Part shown: positions 53,754-64,000 of the stretch, piece by piece
Position numbering within the stretch: the stretch's first letter is position 1
How the letters are laid out: each line of letters starts with the position of its first letter
From: Eledone cirrhosa
Taxonomy: Eukaryota
DNA length: 64,000 nucleotides
Direction: 5' to 3'
NCBI GenBank assembly: GCA_964016885.1
Contig: OZ024742.1
Span: 89,466,001-89,530,000 of the forward strand
Position numbers and translations under genes: made by a program
The notes under the pieces: model-generated
Databases searched by the model: none
Seen by the model: only the letters and a program-made list of their open reading frames with translations
What the model was told of the DNA's origin: nothing

Positions 53754-54280
53754 TCTAAACTATAATAAAGGAAGGTCTGCGGGACTGCGTACGGTTTATT
53801 TTTTTTTATCCCGTTTATAAAATAAGTTGGATTATTTTGAATAAATAATGAATGAATATTACATAATTTATCTACTAAATTTCGTAAACAAAAATAATTT
53901 CTTATATATAAATAATTTTAAATTGTCTTCTTTTCAAAGTTGCACTTCCAGTATATCGTTGCCACCACCACCACCACTTCAACTACCATATATATATATA
54001 TATACTTCCGGTGGCGATCGCTTAAATAAAGATACTATTTTTCTGTCACTAAATTTCTCCTAATGCAGTTTATATATAATATCGTCTTCTTTTAATGTAT
54101 CATGGATTACGTTTCTGATTACATAAGACAATGTAGCACAGTCTTCTTTCAATTTCTGTGTATATTGTCAATTACGATTTTATTTGATCATATCTACATG
54201 TATATATACTTGCGTATAATATCAATATAAACACTACACATGCTAATAGAAAACCAGACTTCAGGTGGTTTTTCTGCTAG
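53754..54280 (+). mobile_element. Non-autonomous Helitron
   Basis: A|TC start at 53754, subterminal hairpin and CTAG|T end at 54280. Confidence 0.8.
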
Positions 54281-54468
54281 TATATATAATTATTTATATA
54301 TAATTCTATAAAAAAATATATATATTGTTTATTACATAACTATAAATATATATAAATATATAATTATATATGGGAACGAGTAGGACACCGACGGCTGAGC
54401 TCAAGCCATTTCAACGGCTAATTCTGAACTAAATATGGTCCACCTGGGTCCTTACCACATTTCCTTCG

Positions 54469-54530
<62 letters not shown>

Positions 54531-54666
54531 CGAAGGAAATGTGGTAAGGAATCAGGTGGACCATAACGCATCAAAGTACTCATTACTTAGGGTAGTAGAG
54601 TGGTTAAAAGGAACCAGTAAGACCCCGACCGCTGAGCTCAAACCGTTTCGACGGCTAATCCTGGAC

Positions 54667-54698
<32 letters not shown>

Positions 54699-54891
54699 AT
54701 TATAACGAAGGAAATGTGGTAAAGAACCAGGTGGACCATATTTAGTTCAGAATTAGCCGTCGAAACGGCTTGAGATCAACCGTCGGGGTCCTACTCGTTC
54801 CCATATATAATTATATATATATATATTTATAGTTATGTAATAATCAATATATATATTTATTTATAGAATTATATATAAATAATTATATAAA

Positions 54892-55434
54892 CTAGCAGAA
54901 AAACCACCGTTCGGGTGGTTTTCTGCTAGCGTTTGTGGTCTGTATATATGACATTATACGCAGGTATATATATACATGTAGATATGAATCATCATATAAA
55001 ATCGTAATTCACAATATACACAGAAATTGAACTAAGACAGCGTTACATTGTCTTATGTTATCAGTAACGTAATCCATGATACATTAAAAGATTATATTAT
55101 ATATAAACTGCATTAGGAGAAAATTAATGACAGGAAATTAGTATGTTTATTTAAGCGATCGGCATGGGAAGTGTTGACATCACACATTCTCTCTTTCTCT
55201 ATATATGGTAGTTGAAGTCGTGGTGGTGGCGACGAAATACCGGAAGTGCAACTTTGAAAAGAAGTCAATTTTAAATTATTTATTTTTACGAAATTATTTT
55301 TGTATGCGAAATTGAGTAGATAAATTATGTAATATTCATTCATTATTTATTCAAAGTAATCCAACTTATTTTACAAACGGGATAAAAAAAAAACCGTACG
55401 CAATCCCACATACTTTCCTTTATTATAGTTAAGA
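54892..55434 (-). mobile_element. Non-autonomous Helitron (inverted partner)
   Basis: A|TC at 55434; terminal palindrome ctagcagaaaaccacc-gttcg-ggtggttttctgctag; CTAG|T at 54892. Confidence 0.8.
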
Positions 55435-55451
55435 TATATATATAATTATAT

Positions 55452-55730
55452 TATTTCACCTCAATCGGGCCTGCTCTCTTTAATATTACACCAAAAGACA
55501 TCAAAACAGAAAGACACCTGATCCAGTTCAAGAAGTCTTTGGATTAATTCCTTCAAGAAATCTCGGATAAGCCTCCTGCACACGGATATGCCTCCGTAAA
55601 AAATAACTCTCAAATCGGGTGGGCCATGGTGCCCAAACCCTGATGTGTAAGACTTTGCCAGGTGGTTCTATTAAGTTAGACATTGCTAGGGCCAATACTG
55701 GCCGAAATCTATCAAAGTTATCAAAGTTAT
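55452..55730 (+). mobile_element. CR1-like LINE 3' end
   Basis: Translates to GPALFNITPKDI..FKKSLD*FLQEISDKP..GY..NNS; 3' hairpin ggcca/tggcc and a short tatcaaagt tandem tail. Confidence 0.7.
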
Positions 55731-55866
55731 ATATTATTATTATATATATATATATATACGTACATATATATATATATATACTTTTAGAGCAGAATACATA
55801 CATAGAATATATACATACATAAATATATTTATATAATTATATATATATTTATATATATATATAATT

Positions 55867-56246
55867 GTTTCTACTTTAGACACAAGGCCAACAAATACCC
55901 AGTGCATTACTGGTACTTTATTTTATCGACCCGGTAAGGATGAAAGGCATAGTCAACCTCGGCGGGATTTGAACTCAGATCGTAAAGGGACGTAACTATG
56001 CTGGAAAGCATATATATAATGTTATGTATATATTTATAATTATATATATATATATAATTGTTTCTACTTTTGGCACCAGGCCAGCAATTATCCCAGTGCA
56101 TTACTGGTACTTTATTTTATCGACCCCATCAGGATGAAAAGCAAAGTTAACCTCGGCGGGATTTGAACTCAGATCATAAAGTGAGGTAACTCTGTGCTTC
56201 AAAGCATGGCACCCAACCCTCTACAGATACTCCCATTCCACCGCCC
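55867..56246 (-). mobile_element. Two adjacent SINE copies (55867-56010 partial, 56060-56246 full)
   Basis: Match to the 9271-9457 family. Confidence 0.9.
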
Positions 56247-56249
56247 TAA

Positions 56250-57372
<1,123 letters not shown>

Positions 57373-58619
57373 AAAGGATGAATATAAAATGAAAGTACTT
57401 TTGTTAAAAAAGGAATTTATTAGGTATTGACATATGTTTCTGTAACAGACCAAATACCTATGTATCGCTGCTTGCGTAATCATATAATGTTAGCAAGTAT
57501 TCGATAGCAAATGTATAATCAGTTGTCACTTCTTCAGAGATTTTGGATAAACTGGATAAAATCAGAAAAATTGAAGTATTTATATTAGTAAAAGAGGAAG
57601 GAACAGAGGGGATAGAATATGACAGATGGTAAAATAATTTACTGCTAAACAAGTATATAATGGGTTTTTAATGAGAATACCATGAGTAAATCTAAATAAG
57701 AATTTTGGGAGTACCAATTTTAATCTCTACTTGACCAACTGGACAGTGGACAGGGCTGGTCATTTGGTGCAGTAGTATTAATTATAAAGTGTCAATTGGT
57801 GAAGGGGGAGATTTCGATTGCTACTAAATAACATCAATGCTAGTAGCCAGCTGGTATATGCATTAGGGAATTGAATCAAGAAATCAGAAATCTCATTTTA
57901 TCTATAGCAGTTTGTATTAAAAGGTAAATAATAGAAGAGTTGATAGAATTAAGACTAATAAAGAATGTTCATATCTATTTTGACAATCAAACGGGGATAG
58001 AGACAGGCGTTCAATCCTGGTAGTATTTATAATATGAAAATGTAGATTTTAAGCGATGGTTACAGTATAACGATCGCTCTATTCTGTTATTTAATAAAAT
58101 GTTTTTGGATTTCATAATACAAAATAATTCTACATTACATAATTTACAAAATTCCTGTCCATTGGAATATGGGGGGGGGGGGGGCAGCCGCTATTATATC
58201 CCATTTTAGGTGAAATTGTTGGTTATTTTCACGCAGCTGCCAAGCCTTGTCTGCGAGTAGAGATTAAAATTGGCACTCCCAAAATTCTTATTTAGATTTA
58301 CTCATGGTATTCTCATTAGAAAGAAACCCATTATATACTTGTTTAGCAGTAAATTAATTTACCATCTGTCATGTACTATCCCCTCTGTTTCTTCCTCTAT
58401 TACTAATATAAATACTTCAATTTTTCTGATTTTATCCAATTTATCCAAGATCTCTGAAGAAGTGACAACTGATTATACATTTGCTATCGAATACTTGCTA
58501 ACATTATATGATTACGCAAACAGCGATACATAGGTATTCAGTCTGTTACAGAAACATATGTCAATACCTAATAAATTCCTTTTTTAAAAAAAAGCACTTT
58601 CATTTTATATTCATCCTTT
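57373..58619. repeat. Inverted repeat (~360-bp arms, ~520-bp spacer)
   Basis: 57373-57731 versus 58256-58619 reverse complement. Confidence 0.92.
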
Positions 58620-59029
58620 CTACATTTTCTCCGGAATATAATTTATACTCGTTGAGCAAACCTGCACGTACGCTGTTCATCTCTAACGTAACGATATATT
58701 ATCACTACATTATTGATAACCTGAAATGTTATATATATATATATGTATATATATATGTATATATGTATATGTATAATATATAAGATCAAAAGATGGTTAA
58801 AGGAGTTCCATGTATTTTATTATGCGCATTTCAAAAACAAACATCATCATGCAATAATATTTGTGTTTTCATCAGATAAAACAGGAGAACATGGTATGAA
58901 GGCTAAAAAAACACTTGTGGATAGTGCAGTTTTAAATCAACATATGAAAAGTGGTTTTAGATTGATGTGTGATATTAGGAAAAATATTTTATTTAGAGAG
59001 GGGGGGGGATGAAAAAGGGGAGGAGATAT

Positions 59030-59087
59030 GTATATGTATATAGATATGTATAAGATATGTATATGTATATATATATATACGTATATA

Positions 59088-59158
<71 letters not shown>

Positions 59159-59253
59159 GTATAAATATATATATATATATATACATATATATATGTATAT
59201 AGATATATGTATATATATATATATGTATATATATATATGTATATATATACATG

Positions 59254-59300
<47 letters not shown>
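59030..59300. repeat. (TA)n array
   Basis: Seen directly in the sequence. Confidence 0.97.
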
Positions 59301-59305
<5 letters not shown>

Positions 59306-59546
59306 AAATTAAGATAAATCAAATGATTTTAATCTAAATCAAAATTATGGGTGTCATGCCAGAAAGACATGCGTTATATCACCCGCAAAATAAGCTCTAA
59401 GATTATAACGAGTAGGTCCGAGCATTTTATAATAACTGGAGATTGATTAACATATAAATAAACATGAATAATCACAGGAGATAATTTTACAAGTGTGTAA
59501 CCACACATAGCTAGGGAGGTAACTAAATAAAGTTGACCAGAACTTC

Positions 59547-59587
<41 letters not shown>

Positions 59588-59640
59588 TTAATAAAATAAT
59601 GAATAAACAAAGAAACAGTTCCTTATATTAAAAAGATTCA

Positions 59641-59778
59641 TCATTTTACGATCGTTTCTAGGATATATATGTGTTAGTATGGGTATGCATATTCTATAGA
59701 TCTGTGTAAAATATTTATACAAACTATCAGAGGGAATATACATACCTACACATATATATGCTGTCTTCAGAAATAATG
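59641..59778 (-). ncRNA. Type I hammerhead-like motif with long stem II insert
   Basis: cauuauuu-CUGAAGA-cagc...cua-GAAA-cga-UC-guaaaaug; stems are imperfect; lies downstream of the minus-strand Naiad fragment. Confidence 0.55.
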
Positions 59779-60869
59779 ATATTTGTTTATTGAAAAAAAC
59801 AAAGATTCAATACAATAGGTCTGTTTGGGAACAGGTTTTGAATTGACCAATAGAAGGATAGTGAATGTCAAGATAGTAATATAGTAGTAGAAGAAGAACC
59901 TTAAATTATAGGTAGAGGAAGGTAGATTTCAGTTTTGGATGGAAAAGAATATTATGAATGAAAGATTATTTTAGGGATGAAAATAGGTCGTATGCTGACC
60001 TCAGAAATAATTATATTTGTTCATTGAATAAAACCAACAAAGATCTAATATAGTCTGTCTGTTTGGTAAGAGGTTTAGAATTAACCAATAGAAAGTTAAT
60101 AATTGGCCAAATGGTAAAATAGTAGTAATTGAAGCTTATTTTAGGGGTAGAATAAGGCAGATTTCAGTTTTGAATGGAGTGTGAAGAATGAGAAGGTTAT
60201 TTTAGGGGTGAAAATAGGTCAGGTCAGTAAAAGGTATACGAGCAGTTGTTGTTATAAAATAGTAATGCCAATGTAAATATCTAAGGAGACTAAAATTTTA
60301 CAATAAGAGTGTTAGTGAAAAAAATACATCTATGAAAAGAATAAATTAATTTAATTGATGGGTATATTTATATTGATAAAATTATACTAATGCATATAGA
60401 TATGATAAATAAGAGTTAGATGTAGTTGAAGAGTGCTGTTAAAGATGAGGGGAAATTAAAAGAATATAAAAATAATATATATATACATATATATATACAT
60501 ACACACACACATACATATATATATATACATATACACACATATATACATCCATATATATATATATACACACACATACACACATACATATACATATAATTAT
60601 TAGGGGGGGATTAAATTTATTAGTGAGAAATAATAAATATATAGAGATTTCAAGGAACATAGAGTCATAACCTGAAATTAAAGCATTATATATGTTTACT
60701 TAATGGTATCAGTTTTAGGAAATGATAGTTGTAAGAAGGAAAGTAAAATTATGTAGTTCATCAGTAGTAGAATATTAATTATAGGTTAACTAAACTAAAA
60801 TTAAAAACAGTTTATATATTAATTTCTAAAGTGTATATTAATTAGGTTTATAATATTTAAAGGTTTTTC

Positions 60870-61402
60870 TCAGTTTATGATTACACGATATTATTAATTC
60901 CTGTCGCTTATTTAATAGGATATCCTTAGATTTCATTATTTCAAAAAGTTCTTGGGAACATAATCTACATTCATATCTATTATTTTGATAAGGGGTGGCC
61001 TTTTTTGAGCACACTCCAGGTCAGGTCATAATCTATATTCCTCTTTCTATAATTATTAATTATTTCAGCTAGAGATGTTGTATTAGCTAGTGCGGCATTT
61101 TTAAAACTATGTTTGTGGGTATTAAATCTTACCTTAAATTTGTTAGAGGTAGCTCCTATATATGAATAAATTGAGTCCTTAGTGTTAACTTTACATTTAT
61201 ATACTATGTTATTAACAAGGCAATTTCCTTTTAATGGGCAGTTTGCCTTGTTTCTACAGTTACAACTTTTCGTGAATCCTGTATCTGAGGAGATATTATG
61301 GTTAGTTTGTTGTACCGGTGGTATACTCATGTTTTTTTAACATTTATATGCATTGTAGGCACTTATATTTTGTTTTATGTTTTTGGTTTTGAGTAGGAGA
61401 AT
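60870..61402 (-). mobile_element. Naiad-like PLE GIY-YIG fragment
   Basis: SCNCRNKANCPLKGNCLVNNIVYKC..YIGATSNKFKVRFNTH. Confidence 0.87.
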
Positions 61403-61489
61403 AGATCAACGTTTAAATTCTCCTACTCAACAACCAAAAACATAAAACAAAATATAAGTGCCTACAATGCATATAAATGTTAAAAAAAC
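61331..61489. repeat. Near-perfect hairpin (~72-bp arms, 14-bp loop) at the PLE 5' truncation point
   Basis: 61331-61402 versus 61417-61489. Confidence 0.93.
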
Positions 61490-62183
61490 CATTTGGGTGA
61501 AATTATACCAGTTTATGTAGGAGCTTGTATACCATCAATAGATATATATTCAAGTGGGCTCCTATAATTCATCAGTGGGTGCCCCAATAATACAAATATT
61601 GATAATCTAACCAACATCAGTATTTAGCGATAATCACTTTCTGTGCCTGAGGTATCTGTCAGGTAGCCAGTCCAGCAGTTATGAAAGAAGTGCTCGAATT
61701 GATTCAAAAAATGAGGAAGTGAATTACCGCCAAAAAACAATACATGCGCGTGACAATGAACTCTGAAAGGAATTCAGGCCACGTGCTAAGAACTCGATTG
61801 GAAATTGAAAAAATATCTCTGTGTGTACAACATTTGATGACACACACAGATATTTTCTCGGGCAAAATAACAGAATGAGATATAAGGAACAATCAATATT
61901 CATGTATAAAAAATAAACAAAGAAATGCTGACCTTATACCGGGAATTTTTTCAAATCTGCTGCGCCAAGAGTAAGTAAATAAATACAATATCGGAGAAAG
62001 CTTTTTAGCGATACTCCGGCCAAATATATATATATTGTTATACTTGGGGAGGGTCATATTTGTGTAATAATATTGCCAGAATTAATAACAGAACACACTC
62101 AGAGAGAATATATATATATATTTATATATATATATATTTAATTATAATTATATATATATATCATTTTATGTATGTATATATAA

Positions 62184-62220
<37 letters not shown>

Positions 62221-62411
62221 TATGTATATATATATATATATAATTATATGTATATATATAATTATATATATATATATATGAAAAGTTTATATTTAATTTG
62301 TTGGGATACAACATGCAAAATATTTTTATAACTGATATAAAGCACTCAACAAATTATTGGAGTAAATATACAATATATTAACAAATGGTAACTATAATTA
62401 TAAAACCATAT

Positions 62412-62478
62412 TTATTTCATTATACATATTTAAAGGGCCACCAAAGCAAACTATGGTGCGCTTTCATCAGATAAAATA
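62412..62478 (-). ncRNA. Hammerhead motif, paralog of 25940-26005, GAAA changed to UAAA
   Basis: uauuuuau-CUGAUGA-aagcgcacca..ugguggcccuu-UAAA-uaugua-UA-augaaaua; same flanks, different stem II sequence. Confidence 0.65.
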
Positions 62479-62926
62479 TAATATAGGTTAGTTTTATAAA
62501 TAAATATTGTCATACACATAAAAAAAAAAAATATATATATATATATATACAAATAATTACACACAAACAACGGACAACAGAGGCCACGTATTTTTATGTA
62601 TATATATATATATATAATTACATATATAAAAAATTGCAGATGGGTAAATCTCCGGGTAACAGAATCCGTTGCTGAAGAGAGAGATGTAAGAGAAAATTTA
62701 GAATGAGATATATAGTGTGTAGAGGAACGTAGAAAATAGCGTAAAAAATAAAAATAATAACACAAGATAGAGTTACCTTGGCAGACATTTAATTGTCCCT
62801 ATATTTCGGATTTCGCATCCATCAACTGGGGCTTTTCCGAGGGGGAATGTTATCTGACGGAGAGGAACGGTACGTGGCCTCTGTTGTCCGCTGTTTGTGT
62901 GTAATTATATGTATATATATATATAA

Positions 62927-64000
62927 TTACAAAAAGTTATGAAACGAAAAGAGCTGTGTGGTTATTAAAACAACGTTTAGGATGGTGGTTAGGACTGAAC
63001 AGGAGGAGAAAGGAAGAAAGGTGTTTCCATCGTCAGCTGTAAATGTTTCCCGAACCGATGTTTCGGCGCTGAATTACAGGACATCGGTGTATTTCGGGTG
63101 CGCTTGATGCCTTTTATTAATAAAAAGGCCAGGTGGAAAAGGAGAGAGAAAGAGAGAAAAGGAGGAGAAAAAAAGGATAGAGAGAAGGAAAGAGAGGGAA
63201 GGAGGAAGAACAGGAGGGGATGAGGAGAGAGGAAGAGGGGGGGGGGCGAAAAAATAGGAAAGGAATAGGACAAAAAAGTGTACAGGTCCCATCGTGGGAA
63301 GACAGAGGTGAAAGAAACATGCAAAAAAGTAACCATGGAAAAATAGGGAAAGTAAGTTGTGGCCAACCTGGGAGACTTTGCCTGGGGGTCAGCTACAACT
63401 CAGAGCTGGTATAAGCGTGCTGCCTCTCACATAGACAGGAGAAAGTGAGAGAGAGACACGGGCAACCAAAAGTGAGGAGGACAAGGGAAAGGGAGATAAT
63501 CCAGAAGAGGTTTTTTTACAACGGTGGTAAAAACGTGCCGCAAAGATTGCGGACAGAGAGGCCACCACGGCACGTGTAAATATGTCAACAATCAAAACTG
63601 AGGAAAAACGAGAGTGAGGAAGAGAGGGGAAGAGTGAAGGGAGGATCTATGCGAAGTGTGGAGGGAACACAGATCGTTCAAAGCAGGTAGGGTCACAGCG
63701 GTAAATACAAAAAGTTATGAAACGAAAGAAATTGTGTGGTTACTAAAACAAGGTTTAGGATGGTGGTTAAGACGGAACAGGAGGAGAGAAGAAGAAAGGA
63801 GTTTCCATCGTCAGCTGTAAATGTTTCCCGAACCGAAGTTTCGGCGCTGAATTACAGGACATCGGTGTATTTCGGGTGCGCCCGAGGCCTTTTATTAATC
63901 AAAAGGCCAGGTGGAAAGGAGAGAGAACGAGAGACAAAAAGGGGAGAAAAAGGAGAGAGAAAAGGAAAAAGAGGGAAATGAGGAAGAACAGCGAGGGGGA
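62927..64000 (-). repeat. Tandem non-coding repeat, 778-bp period, carrying hammerhead core elements (runs off the window)
   Basis: 62927-63230 recurs at 63705-64000; CUGACGA at 63030-63036 and 63808-63814 on the minus strand. Confidence 0.85.

Noticed and set aside
58876-58893. Possible 18-nt phase-1 micro-exon (ttttcatcag|ATAAAACAGGAGAACATG|gtatga) continuing the 17498 exon
   Set aside because: Splice-like signals this short occur by chance; unsupported without RNA data.

Overview
AT-rich, repeat-dense eukaryotic (animal) genomic DNA. The tRNA-headed SINE family and the repeat spectrum resemble octopod cephalopods; this is recognition, not a search result. Almost all identifiable sequence is decayed transposable element. 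It includes Penelope-like elements (PLEs) of two lineages (two copies of an RT+GIY-YIG family and five Naiad-like fragments), Dong/R4-like and L1/Tx1-like LINE fragments, a CR1-like 3' end, SINEs, long (TA)n arrays and Helitrons. No intact TE ORF and no complete host gene is visible. Most ORF-track entries are microsatellite or antisense artefacts. Highlights: (1) a precise head-to-tail Helitron trimer (26078-35187) around a broken RepHel gene with 23-aa STPR-like repeats; (2) more than a dozen hammerhead-ribozyme (HHR) motifs, several inside fold-back structures, including a 778-bp tandem unit whose HHR strands occur in a non-standard order (retrozyme-like candidate); (3) seven sizeable inverted repeats; (4) one candidate host exon encoding a signal peptide (17498-17645), too short for the ORF track. 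All alignments and RNA folds were done by eye.
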